NCBI GenBank assembly: GCA_964016885.1
Contig: OZ024748.1
Location: 22,444,001 to 22,508,000, forward strand
Length of the DNA: 64,000 nucleotides
DNA from: Eledone cirrhosa
Taxonomy: Eukaryota
Direction of reading: 5' to 3'
A model generated the notes under the pieces. It had not been told where the DNA came from. It saw nothing but the letters and a program-made list of their open reading frames with translations, and made no database searches. Positions 13,345 to 25,712 of this stretch are shown one piece after another. The position numbers and the translations under genes are program-made. Position 1 is the first letter of the stretch; each line of letters opens with the position of its first letter.

Positions 13345-14689
13345 CCTTATTTAAAAAAAATTTTTTATTATTTATTATCTCACGCAGAATTTACTTCATT
13401 TAGTAAATTATTAAAGAATGGTGAAATGTTACGATTCTTTGTATTCGAACTCAAACAGGGGAGTTGTCTATATGCTCAGACACCGTACAGTTTCATCTTT
13501 CACAGAGATGATGTTCTAAATAACTTCCACAAAATATTCTTTACACTGTGTCACTCCTAATAAATAGAGAAGATTTAGAAATAAAATGAAAGCATTATAT
13601 TATTTCCACTTTCCTTGAAGTTTTGGTCTTTATCTCGTTGTTATGATGAATTGTTGAAAGACAAACAAGAAAATATTATTCACCACAAAAACTCTTGGGT
13701 TTTAATCATTAATGCGTGTTTCCCTTATTTTGGTTTTATTTTCTACAGCCCCTTTTCTCTTCATTGTCGCATGTTGCTTCTTAATTTTTTTAAACTATGT
13801 TCATGGTGAACGTCTTCACTCGTCTGTCACTATTAAGTTGACCAGGTTGATGACATCACCGATACGTTATATAGAACAACACTCACTTTTAATTGGACAA
13901 GACAATGATAAACTAGTAGAGTCAAGATTATAACAAGAATGACAAGTATTTGCCCCATTTTAAGACCGGTTTCGGATCACAAATCACTCACCAGGAATAA
14001 AGTTGTGGACTGTTTGTCAACAACTGGTGCTAATACAACATTAGTAAATATATCTTATATGTTTACTTGACAAAGTGGGAAAGTAAAGTAGTATAATGCA
14101 AGAAAGTATTGCATTATACCGCTTTCGTGTAATTCAGTCAATTGAAATAGATACCAATATTTTAACAGATTTAGCTGTGGTTCTTCTTTCCGCACCCTTT
14201 CCAGCCATAATTTGCCCTATTTTCCTACTCCTTCCATTGTACAAATCATTCACTAGAGAACATTCTAGATGTCTATTAACAATGAGAGTTCTTAGCACCA
14301 ACAATCACTTTGTTTGCTCACTTTATAGTGTTCTGGGAAGAAACAATCGCAAATGACATTATCTTGCTAATGATCAGTCTATTCAAACACCTATGCATTC
14401 ATCTCAATAGAAAGGTAAATAAGATCGTACCGTTTAAATGGCAAGTATTAAAGGATCAAATTCATTTCATGACACATGTCGTACACCTGCTTATTATTAT
14501 CACGCTGTTTCTAAAGTTATGAGACCGACCGCAGTCATAATCGGGTGATATGAGGTGATAATATCAGGGAAATAGACCAAAGCTTACGCTAATAAGAGAT
14601 GGAACTTTCATTTCAAAATTATCAACCCCACCTCACAGCACTGATGCTCATCAAATTCCTCTTTATATTTACTATTATTATTGTTGCCA

Positions 14690-15270
14690 AAAACGGTGGT
14701 GTATTCACTGATTTGGTAGAGCGTCCGGCAAATTGCCTGTGCAGTATTTGTCCCGGCTCCTTGCGTTCTGAGTTTAATTCTTGCCGAAAAGAACTTTGCC
14801 AATCATGCTTCCGAAATCGATAAAAATAATGTACTAGTCAAGTACTGAGGTCGATATAATCGACTATCTTCGCCACCTGAATTGCTGTCATTTTGTCCAA
14901 ACCAGGAATCATTATTATTTGGGTCGGATGCCATGCTTTGCCGCATAGAGTTACGGCTCTTGTCATTCTAAGTTCAAATCGCGCCGAGGTTAACTTTGCC
15001 TTTCATCCTTACGGGGTCGATAAAATAAAGTACCAGTAATGCACTGGGATAATTTCTGGCCTTGTGCCAAAAGTAGAAACAATTATTATTATCGGCAGAG
15101 AGTCGGACGCCATGCTTTGCAGCAAAGAGTTACGGCCCTGTATGGTCTGAGTTCAAATCCCGCTGAGGTTAACTTTGCCTTTCATCCTTACAGGGTCGAT
15201 AAAATAAAGTACCAGTAATACACTGGGATAATTGCTGGCCTTGTGCCAAAAATAGAAACAATTATTATTG
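14690..15270 (+). mobile_element. Three tandem SINE family 1 copies (one diverged, two 5'-truncated)
   Basis: Repeated gagttcaaatc..gaggttaactttgcctttcatccttac.gggtcgataaaataaagtaccag at about 14770, 14970 and 15150. Confidence 0.85.
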
Positions 15271-15345
15271 TTGCTAAAACAAGTTCTCGCCGGTTTACAC
15301 AGATTCCAGATTTCACCATATTTGTTATCATTCGTCAGCACTGGC

Positions 15346-15682
15346 CTCAGAAAAATTCTTCGGACTTCCTGGCCATAGGCGATTAGTAACCAGGAGTTGT
15401 GCAAGCAAATTCACCAACAGCATGTCCGCGATAAAATTATCTAGCGGCGACGGAGATGGGTTGATCACACCATTTGAAAGCCTGCATATAGTACCACATG
15501 GCAAGCCTTGATCTGGAACCTACAAAGGAAAAGGAAACGAAGAAGGCTTTGGACTACCTGGCACCATGATCTGGAGGCACAATCAAAGAGGGTGAGTTGT
15601 TCCTGGGGACAGTAAGAGCCACTATCCCAGTACTGTGATGGTTGCAGAAAACCTGTTGGTGACCTATGCTGCAGAGGGGCCT
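15346..15682 (+). pseudogene. Decayed RTE-clade LINE ORF2 C-terminus
   Basis: Manual translation gives LRKILRTSWP*AISNQELCKQIHQQHVRDKII*RRRRWVDHTI*KPAYSTTWQALIWNLQRKRKRRR. This matches the RTE pattern LRxIL..W...ISN..L....RR.RW.GH.LR....AL.W.P.G.R.RGRP, with in-frame stops. Confidence 0.75.
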
Positions 15683-16629
15683 CAAAGCAAAACTGAATTG
15701 GTATTAATCGTTCGTCATTGTTGACGTGTCAACAGGTTACAATGAAATTCTGGATTATAAATCAAATTTTGGATGATATTGTTTTTTCTCTATTTTCTAT
15801 ATGCGTCGGTTTATTCTGCCAGTATGCACCGTTCTTTCAATTAAAGTACAACTCAAAATCTGTCTTTCAACGGCAGACTTTTAAAAATCTTTATCCACTA
15901 TACTCACTTTGGATCCGAAGATAAGAAAAATAGTCATCGAAAAGTGGTGTTGAATGGAACTATAGGTTAAATATGGTAAAATCTGATAATAAGCTGGTGA
16001 TTGATTGTTATCGCCAGGTCAAACGACCTATGGCCAAATGATTTCTAACCAGGTTTGACTGATATTTCCAGCAGATCGAGTGATCATGTAGAATCTTCAT
16101 TTTTGGCTCGACTAGTAAGCTGACATTTTAGAAAATGAACAGTATCAGATTTACCATTCATATGTAGCTAGCACGGTAGGCGCCGGATGTTAAGATTTTA
16201 GATTTGGTGATAAACCATGACTCAAAGCTGTGAAGGTTTAAGATGAAAACAAAATTACAAAAAACTTACAAAAATAGAGATAGTTTACTTCGATTTTTTA
16301 ATCTACGAAATGGCGGTACATTTACCATCTTGAATAGCAGAACTGTAGAACTACATAAAATAAATGAGAACAGAATGCAAATACTTTATCAGTAGATGAC
16401 ATCAAAAACTCTCTAAGATTGCTGTTCCAAGACATTATGAAGTCTATAAGACACTTCAGTTTCATCGACTTAATGTTATTTTATTTGCGATCATTTCTCT
16501 ATTAATCTTTTTCCTTACTAGCTTGTCTATTTCCCTTCCCATAACACAATCTTCCAACACTCTCATTGCTTCATATGTACGTGTATAAAGACGATTTTAG
16601 AAATTACGCGCGCGCACACACACATCACA

Positions 16630-16747
<118 letters not shown>

Positions 16748-16791
16748 GAATAAAAGGGCGGGATGTGTGGTTGCAATTAAGTATAATGAAA

Positions 16792-16903
16792 ATAAAAGTT
16801 ACGGGCGAAAGGGGGCAATATCCATCGTCAGTTATCTGCTAGGAATCATAGGTATTTCTTCGCCAGACAACTGAGGATGGATATTACCCTCTTTCGCCCG
16901 TAA

Positions 16904-16955
<52 letters not shown>

Positions 16956-16984
16956 TTACGGGCGAAAGAGGGTAATATCCATCA
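16792..16984. repeat. Fold-back (47-bp arms) plus a third arm copy across (TA)n
   Basis: aaaagttacgggcgaaagggggcaatatccatcgtcagtt / aactgaggatggatattaccctctttcgcccgtaactttt, with a third copy at 16949-16984. The arms contain CTGA(C/G)GA. Confidence 0.85.
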
Positions 16985-17287
16985 AAATGGCGTAGGACAG
17001 AACAAAGGAGAGGCACAGAAACAAAGAAAGGAATCCCCAGTTACTGAAGAGGTCACAGAGTGTGTGACGAAAGAACTATGACTATATATAAACAACTATC
17101 AGAAATTTATAAATTTGTAAATTTATAAATTTATAAATATATAATAAATTGAAGTGAAAGCAACTGGTGCGTGTGTTTCTTATTGGCAACATGACCCTCC
17201 CAAAGTATAACAATATCGGTTTCAACACACGATTTCAGATAAAGAATATTGCTAAACAAATTCAGAAACGAAATATATATATATATA

Positions 17288-17849
17288 TTGGGTTGATGCA
17301 TAATTATTGCGGCTTTTTTTCAACAAATTTTATTTAACAAAGAGAATAACAATATTTAACAAAAACATCTTTAAATGGCGGTCGGGTTTTTCTCTTTTCA
17401 GAATGCGTATCGAAAATCATATCCACATTCGTCATATTATGCTCTACCACTTCGAGAAAGGTTGGAATGCAGCCTCAGTCATTTCGCGATCTCAATGAAC
17501 TTTTTGGTGAAGGAACAATCAGCAAAAGCCAAGTTGAAAGATGGTTCAAGAAGTTCAAATCGGGCGATACAAACCTCGTAGATGAAGAAGGAAGAGGTCG
17601 ACCATCAACTTTCAATGACCAGCCACTTTAGGCAGCTGTGGAAGAGGACGAAAGCTTGACAACGAGAATGTTGGCCGAAGACTTCAATGTGGACCATTCG
17701 ACCATCGTTTCGTCGTCTCAAAAAGCTCGGAAAAGTATGGAAATTGGCTGGCTGGGCCCCCCACGAACTCGCCGATAACAACAAAGCCGAACGTTTTTTA
17801 TTGAATAAAATTTGTTGAAAAAGGCCGCAATAATTATGCACCAGCCCAA
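17288..17849 (+). mobile_element. Internally deleted Tc1/mariner (mariner family) DNA transposon
   Basis: TIRs of about 50 bp (ttgggttgatgcataattattgcggcttttttcaacaaattttatt / aataaaatttgttgaaaaaggccgcaataattatgcaccagcccaa), TA flanks and an internal transposase remnant. Confidence 0.93.
17403..17793 (+). pseudogene. Mariner transposase N-terminal (HTH) remnant
   Basis: MRIENHIHIRHIMLYHFEKGWNA/QSFRDLNELFGEGTISKSQVERWFKKFKSGDTNLVDEEGRGRPS...LAEDFNVDHSTIV/RRLKKLGKVWKLAGWAPHEL. It has the GRP and WVPHEL-like motifs, two frameshifts and one stop. The DD34D domain is missing. Confidence 0.9.
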
Positions 17850-18046
17850 TATATATATATGATAGAATGTCCCACAGTCAGCAGTCATTTTTCTTATGTG
17901 TATATTGGTACATTGTGTATGCACTTGCTTGTTGTTTATAAATTTTAAACTTAATTCTTAACTTGTATTTAAGATTCTATTATATACATATGTATATATA
18001 TATATATATACATATATTATGTATACACATATATTATATATATATG

Positions 18047-18103
<57 letters not shown>

Positions 18104-18104
<1 letters not shown>

Positions 18105-18766
18105 CGGACTTATGTTCGGTAGCTGGTTTTGACTTCTCTCTGTCTCTCCCGGTTACTTATATACATACATGTGTTTTTTTTTCGTGTCCCACACTCTTTC
18201 GGTATCTTCTCTGCGTTTTTTTTTTCCATTCTGTTTAATTTTTTCCTCTCCCCGTTTTTACCCAATAACTTCCACAAGTTATTGACGCACTGGAGTTAGA
18301 CATATTGTCTTTAATGCGTTGAAATGTCCATGATCTCAAGCAGACAACTGAAAAAAAAATTGGCCCCCGATTGTGCTTTCCTTTTCTTTTTAAATAGATT
18401 ATATATATTTTCCCTCTCTCTGCTAGCCACCTCACTGTTTCTCTCGCCTGTTCCTCTAACGGGCTCTTTCTCATTTACTCTTGCGGAGGTCAGACGTTTT
18501 TTGTTTCTCGTCCACACAAATCTCGAACTTAAGTTCAGTAATTGATGTTGACTTTAATTGTTTCTCTCTCTTCGAGCAGCTCACTGTTTTTGCTGTTTTT
18601 GCTGTTTTTGCTGGTTTTTTTTTTCCTTTTTCTTCCCTTTTCCCTTCTGTTACATTTTTTTCTCTCTCTCTCCTTTTTTTCCCAATAACTTCCTTTAGTT
18701 ATTGACGCACTGGGGTAAGATATCTTGTCTTTAATGCGTAGAAATATCCATGACCCCAGCAGACAA

Positions 18767-18770
<4 letters not shown>
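18104..18770 (+). repeat. (TA)n-flanked insert with a 90-bp internal direct repeat (420-bp spacing)
   Basis: cccaataacttcc...agttattgacgcactgg.gt.aga.at..tgtctttaatgcgt.gaaat.tccatga...agcagacaactga at 18261 and 18681. Confidence 0.8.
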
Positions 18771-18822
<52 letters not shown>

Positions 18823-18830
<8 letters not shown>

Positions 18831-19167
18831 ATATAAGATCAAAAGATGGTTAAAGGAGTTCCATGTATTTTATTATGCGCATTTCAAAAACAAATATCAT
18901 CATGCAATAATATTTGTGTTTTCATCAGATAAAATAGGGAGACATGATATGAAGGTTAAAACACACTTGTGAATAGTGAGGTTTTAAATCAACATATGTT
19001 GATTTAAAACTGCACTATTCACAAGTGTTTTTTAGCCTTCATATCATGTTCTCCTGTTTTATCTGTGAAAACACAAATATTATTGCATGATGATATTTGT
19101 TTTTGAAATGCGCATAATAAAATACATGGAACTCCTTTAACCATCTTTTGATCTTATATTATGTATA
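18823..19167. mobile_element. 345-bp palindrome beside (TA)n, hammerhead-bearing
   Basis: Arms are centred on aatcaacatatgttgatt and have few mismatches. Confidence 0.9.
18868..18934 (-). ncRNA. Type I hammerhead ribozyme
   Basis: The minus strand reads TTTTAT-CTGATGA-aaacacaaatattat(tgcatg)atgatatttgttttt-GAA-ATGCGCAT-A-ATAAAA. Stem I is 6 bp, stem II is long, stem III is palindromic and the site is AUA. Confidence 0.75.
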
Positions 19168-19250
19168 CTCCAGTCCTACAAACTGTAGAGTGCTTCTTAT
19201 CCGATATCTGCATTGCTTTATTGTACTACAATAAAACTCACCTCCTACAT

Positions 19251-19287
<37 letters not shown>

Positions 19288-19292
19288 GTATA

Positions 19293-19401
<109 letters not shown>

Positions 19402-19482
19402 GTGTGTGTGTATATATATATGTATACACACACACATACACACACACACACACATATTTGTTGTGAAAGAGTCATTTCTCAA

Positions 19483-19718
19483 TCTTGGCGCAAAACCATT
19501 TTTTTATCCACATGACCTCTACCGACCAATCAAAATTGTTTTGACCAATAATTTTTGCTGGAGCCACTTTTTTAACATTTTAACATAAAAACAGTCTTGG
19601 CGCAAAATCAACTTTTTACATTCACATGACCTCTACCGACCAATCAAAATTGTTTTGACCACAAGCATTTTTGCAACACAAAAATAACGCTGGAGCCACT
19701 TTTTTAACATAAAAACAG
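19483..19718 (+). repeat. Tandem duplication of about 113 bp
   Basis: tcttggcgcaaaa...cacatgacctctaccgaccaatcaaaattgttttgacca...gctggagccacttttttaacat occurs twice. Confidence 0.85.
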
Positions 19719-19935
19719 GTAGAATTCCCAAAACTAATCAGATCAGAGCAAACAGCACGGACACTCTATCTCAAAATTATTTTTGAAAAGCATTTAGAAA
19801 TGCGCAACCGGTAAAAACTTAAAAACTTAAAACCACAACTGAATACTAACCCATACAATCACTAATACTCTTTTATTCCTAATTAAACCATTTTTCAACT
19901 GTGAACAATTTGTCAGCATTTTCTATTCCGTTTAC

Positions 19936-19964
<29 letters not shown>

Positions 19965-19966
<2 letters not shown>

Positions 19967-20169
19967 GGAACCAGTAAGACCCCGACAGCTGAGCTCAAGC
20001 CGTTTCGACGGCTAATTCTGGACTCTAGAATTAGCCGTCGAAACGGCTTGAGCTCAGCTTGAGCTCAGCTGTCGGGGTCTTACTGGTTCCTATTACCCAC
20101 TCTACTACCCCAAGTATTGAGTACTTTGGTGCGTTATGGTCCACCTGGTTCCTTACCACATTTCCTTCG

Positions 20170-20170
<1 letters not shown>
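19965..20170 (+). mobile_element. Family A fold-back element
   Basis: Arms surround gctaattc-tggactcta-gaattagc. One arm has a duplicated gcttgagctca. (TA)n lies on both sides. Confidence 0.85.
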
Positions 20171-20203
<33 letters not shown>

Positions 20204-20204
<1 letters not shown>

Positions 20205-20335
20205 GAAAAGGACGAGATCTTCATTACATTTATTGAGGTGTGATACGCGTTTCGCAATTGATAAACTCATGGTTCGATCTGTATCGATCTGGGCCGACTC
20301 TGGAATAAAAGCTCATCGGATTTCTGTTAATATTA
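20204..20335 (-). mobile_element. Family C dispersed repeat with hammerhead-like half core
   Basis: The minus strand has CCGATGA...gc-GAAACGCGTA. Homologues lie at about 42440-42500 and 52371-52490 (GAAACGCGCGTC). Confidence 0.55.
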
Positions 20336-20418
20336 CACTCTGACACAGTAACTGGACGTTGCAATAACTAAACTATATATATATATATGCGTGTGTGTGA
20401 GTGTGTGTGTGTGTGAGA

Positions 20419-20473
<55 letters not shown>

Positions 20474-20768
20474 TGTGTGTGTGTGTGTTTGTGTGTGTCT
20501 GTGTATGTGTGTGTCTCTGTGTGTGTGTGTGTGTGTTGCCCAGTCTTATGCTTCCTGCTCCCCTTACTTTGATGTAGAATAAACGACATAATATTGTTGT
20601 CTACTAAATACTGAACTCGGTCAAGTAGATTGCTAAAACGCACACACACAAGCAAACGCACACACACACATACATACATACATACAGACAGACACACACA
20701 CGCACACATACACACATACATACACAAATACGCAAACACACACACATATATATGTATTTATATATATG

Positions 20769-20884
<116 letters not shown>

Positions 20885-20895
20885 TATATATATAC

Positions 20896-20980
<85 letters not shown>

Positions 20981-20981
20981 C

Positions 20982-21014
<33 letters not shown>

Positions 21015-21261
21015 GTACACACGTATATTTGAACACATCTACAACATCACGAAAATCTTCAACGCACACAAACTCACGTGTCCACACCCATACACACGTG
21101 ATCACTCTCACATACGCATGCGCAAGCCACACACATTCAGCCTTGTTTAAGATTTATTTTTGTTTTGCTATCAAGTCAAACACAAACAGGCTTGTGACAG
21201 AAGATAGAAATAAAATATTTAGAATTGAGATGTTACAAACTAATCAGGTCTTTATATGAGC

Positions 21262-21269
<8 letters not shown>

Positions 21270-21293
<24 letters not shown>

Positions 21294-21340
21294 CTGTGTG
21301 TGTCTGTGTCTGTATGCGTGTATGTGTGTGTGTGTGTCTG

Positions 21341-21373
<33 letters not shown>

Positions 21374-22216
21374 CTGTCTGTGTGTGTGTGTTTGTGTCTG
21401 TGTGTCTGTTTGTGTGTGTGCGGGGGGGGGGGGGTATGTGTGCCTATGTGTGTGTGTGTCTGTGTGTGTCTGTGTGTGTATGTGTGTCTGTATGTGTGTG
21501 TGTGTGTGTGTGTCTGTATGTGTGTCTGGGTGTGTGTGTGTGTGTCTGTGTGTGTCTGTGTGCGTGTGTTTGTGTGTGTGTCTGTTTGTGTGTGTGTGTC
21601 TGGTGTGTGGGGGTGTTTGTGTGTCTGTGTGTCTGTGTGTATGTGTGTGTGTGTGTGTCTGTGTGTGTCTGTGTATGTATGTGTGTCTGTGTGTGTGTGT
21701 GTGTGTCTGTCTGTGTGTCTGGGTGTGTGTGTGTGTGTGTGTCTGTGAGTCTGTTTGTGAGTGTATGTCTGTGTGTGTGGGGGTGTCTGTTTGTGTGTGT
21801 GTGTCTGTGTGTGTGTGTGTGTATGTGTGTCGATGTCTGTGTATTTGTGTCTGTGTGTATGCGTGTGTGCCTGTGTGTATGTGTGTGTGTGTGTCTGTGT
21901 GTGTGTGTGTTTGTGTGTGTCTGTGTATGTGTGTGTCTGTGTGTGTGTGTGTGTGTGTCTGTGTGTGTGTCTGTGTGTGTGTGTATGTGTGTATGTGTGT
22001 CCGTGTGTCTGTGTGTCCGTGTGTTTGTGTGTGTCTGTGTGTGTGTGTGTCTGTGTGTGTGTGTTTGTGTCTGTGTGTCTGTGTGTGTGTGTTTGTGTCT
22101 GTGTGTCTGTGTGTGTGTGTCTGTGTGTGGGGGGGTCTGTTTGTCTGTGTGTCCGTGTGTGTGTGTGTGTGTGTCTATGTGTGTGTGTCTATGTGTGTGT
22201 GTCTATGTGTGTGTGT
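21270..22216. repeat. Degenerate (GT)n/(GTCT) microsatellite
   Basis: Direct reading. Confidence 0.95.
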
Positions 22217-22344
22217 ACATAGTATATATATGTAAGCATAAATCTGACAACACAAGTTCATACCTATTTAAAAGCAAGTGAATGCCTACATGAATTTATC
22301 TAAAGTTCATACTCACCTAGATATATGTATATATATATATACCG

Positions 22345-22346
<2 letters not shown>

Positions 22347-22435
<89 letters not shown>

Positions 22436-22448
22436 CAGTAGTAGTAGT

Positions 22449-22534
<86 letters not shown>

Positions 22535-22560
22535 CAGCAGCAGCAGCAGCAGTGGTAGTA
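22347..22560. repeat. Compound (TA)n(GA)n(GTA/GCA)n microsatellite
   Basis: Direct reading. Confidence 0.95.
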
Positions 22561-23398
22561 AAGAACTGTGACTATTGGAGGAGCCGCATAATTTATTATA
22601 AAATAAAATACATACAAGAAAAGATGAATTTAGCTAAAACCTTTTTTACTCGTAATTTTGGGCTTGAAATCTTAACTAAAATTGTTTGAATGTCCAGCTC
22701 ATAAGTGGTGTATTTTAATTCAAGAATGTAGACTTAATCAAATCTATATATTACTAAAACTCTCTGATTGCTTGCTTGCTTGCTTGTTTTCTTCTCTGTA
22801 ATGTAATACAGCCAAAAGGGTTCATAATAGGACAATACTTTGAAAGGAAGTTGACCCTGAAATGGGAATATAAATGGAATAAAACAAGTTTCGCATAAAT
22901 CGAAGCACGGGTTCCCGAGATATGGGGTTTTCTGGGTACCTTCATAAACAGAGAGAGAAGTATAGAGAGAAAGAGATAGTGGTAGTGAGAGAGTAGTTTG
23001 AAAGAGAGACGTAGATAGAGGGCGAGGAGACAGAGACGGAGAATGGAAGAGAGAGAGCTGGTGGTGTTGTTGTGTATATATATATACATATATGTGAGTG
23101 TGTGTATATATATATATGTGTGTGTGTCTATGACCAGTGTAAATAGATCACAGACACCCACATATATATATATATACACACACATACATATATTTATGTA
23201 TACAAACACACACAATTATATATATACATACACACACGTATATACAGGGGCCTTCCAGTTTCATTTCACATTTTATACATGTCTGTGTATATTTTTATTA
23301 TTTAAAAATTATTTTTAAGTGAACATGATTTTTTAAAAATATTTTGAAGTGAACGTGACCCAACGGGTCACAGGTGATCTAGTATTATATAAATTCAG

Positions 23399-23592
23399 GG
23401 GGCGGTGGATTGGCAGTATCGGTAGAGGGTCGGACGCCATGCTTTCCAGCATAGTTACGTCCCTTTACGATCTGAGTTCAAATCCCGCCGAGGTTGACTT
23501 TGCCTTTCATCCTTACGGGGTCGATAAAATAAAGTACCAGTCACACACTGGGTAATTGCTGGCCTTGTGCCTAAAGTAGAAACAATTATATA
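23399..23592 (+). mobile_element. SINE family 1, full length
   Basis: Head, box B, core and tail are all present. Nearly identical to 50763-50950. Confidence 0.9.
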
Positions 23593-23894
23593 AATTCAGA
23601 ACCACGCGAGATAGGCTAAAGAGCCACACACGGCTCCGGAACCTCAGGTTTTCGACCGCGGCTCTATATGAAACGTTCTTTAGAAAGTTTAAATCTTGTC
23701 AAAATCTGGACAGTTGTTGTCAATATGTGTGGAAATGTCTAAATACTAGCTAAATGTGATGTACCGTCGTTCATGCCTTTCTTCCTTGAACTCTCAATTC
23801 CTGATAGACGGTCTAATCCTGTAGAAGTTCATCCCTCTCCAGTGTTAATCACAGCTGATTTCTTCCACAGTGAGAAGAAAAAAAATTTAAATTT

Positions 23895-24198
23895 GGGGAG
23901 GGGGAGGGTGAAAGAGGGTGAGAGAGCGCGGCAGAGGGAGGGAAGGGAGAGAGAAGAAGAGGAAAGAAAGACAGAGAGAGAGGGTAAGAGAGAGTGAGAG
24001 AGAGTGAGGGAGGGGGTGTGAGAGAAAGTGAGAGAGGGAAGGAGAGAGTGGGGGGGGGGGGGGAGAGAAGAAAAAGAAAGACAGAGAGAAAGAGAGAGAG
24101 TGAGAGAGAGATGGTGAAAGAGGGTGTGAGAGAGAGTGAGAGAGAGACAGGGCGAGAGAGAGAGTGAGAGAAGGGGAGGAGAGGGAGAGAGAGGGTAT

Positions 24199-24248
<50 letters not shown>

Positions 24249-24270
24249 AGGAAGGGAGAAAGAAGAGAGG
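23895..24270. repeat. (GA)-rich low-complexity tract
   Basis: Direct reading. Confidence 0.9.
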
Positions 24271-24625
24271 AATCGACTTTGGTACGGGACTGACTGACAT
24301 TTTATGTATCAACAGCGAAGGAATGAAAAGTAAAATCGAGGGTAGAGAGTCTGAATGAATATCGCAAAGTATTCTATCTGACTTTAACGAGCCTGCTAAT
24401 TTGCATCCCAATATTTGTGGTTAAATCTAGAAAGATACTGTAAATATGTATGGTTATGTCTACACACAGATTGTCAATATTTTTGATAACGTCCAGAGAG
24501 ATAATATTATGTTATCTGTTAACCTCCAGACGGATAGATACTATCAATATTTGTGGTTATGTCTACACAAATATTGTCGATATTTCTTCTTGTGTCTAGA
24601 CCAATGTTATCAATATTTCTTTCTA

Positions 24626-24835
24626 AGGTGGTGGATTGGTAAAATTGGTGGTGAGTCGGATAAAAATGGCATTGCAGTGTTTCTTCTGGCTCTTTACTAA
24701 TTAGGTTCAAATCCCGCAGGAATCAATTTTGCCTTTCATTCTTCTGGGTTCTATAAAGTAAAGTACCAGTGCTGAACTGAAATTAATTTATTCAGCTTTG
24801 CGCTTCCCCACAAAACGCTGGCCTTGCGCCTAGAT
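24626..24835 (+). mobile_element. Diverged SINE family 1
   Basis: ggtggtggattggt...ggttcaaatcccgc...tttgcctttcattcttctgggttctataaagtaaagtaccag. Confidence 0.7.
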
Positions 24836-25057
24836 TAGCAGTCGCCATTTCTTGCTAAATCCCCAAAGATACTGATCTTATTGTTAATTGAGCAGACCAT
24901 CCAGCCGTGACTATCATAACTTCTGTATCTAGAATTATATTGTCCAATGTGTTCTTCATTTTTTATGAAAACAGGTGATTTGAGGGAGATTAAGCTGCTA
25001 TCTTTAGCAAGTTGAGTGAATGCGTAGCAGCTGCTTTGTTGTTTCGTAATAAATGGT

Positions 25058-25230
25058 GTAGGCGAGGAATTGGCAGAATTGTTAGAAAATCGGATAGAAC
25101 GCTTCATGGTATTCGTTTCGGCTCCCTATGCTTTCCCCGTTCAAATCCTTCCTAGATCAACTTTGACTTTCATCCTTTCGGGGTCGTTAAAAAATAACCA
25201 TTTCAGTACTGGGATCGATTTTTCTGCTAT
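25058..25230 (+). mobile_element. Diverged SINE family 1
   Basis: ggcgaggaattggcagaattgttaga...gttcaaatcc...ctttgactttcatcctttcggggtcg. Confidence 0.65.
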
Positions 25231-25250
25231 ATCCCTTTCTCACTTCCTCT

Positions 25251-25284
<34 letters not shown>

Positions 25285-25528
25285 CTCTCTTTCTCTCTCT
25301 CTCTCTTTCTTTCTTTCTCTCCCCTCTCTGTCCCTCCCCTCTCTCCCCTCTCTCCCCTCTCTCTCATTTCTCATTCACTCTTTCTCTCCCTCTCCTCTGG
25401 AAGAAATCGGCTGTTTTCTGACTCGGAGAGGGGTAGACACTCCGCCATGTTTAATTTGCCCAAGAAACGCCGTATGTCACTACGGCTTCCTTACAACTCC
25501 ACTAGGAATTGCAGGTCTATGTATACAA

Positions 25529-25712
25529 TAAATAATTGTTTCTACATTTGGCACAAGGCCAGCAATTGTCCCAGTGCATTACTGGTACTTTATTTTATCG
25601 ACCCCGTAAGGATGAAAGGCAAAGTTAACCTCGGCGGGATTTGAACTCAGATCATAAAGGAGCGTAACTCTGTGCTGCAAAGCATGGCGTCCGACCCTCT
25701 ACCGATACTACC
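25529..25712 (-). mobile_element. SINE family 1
   Basis: Reverse complement of the consensus tail, core and head. Confidence 0.85.
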
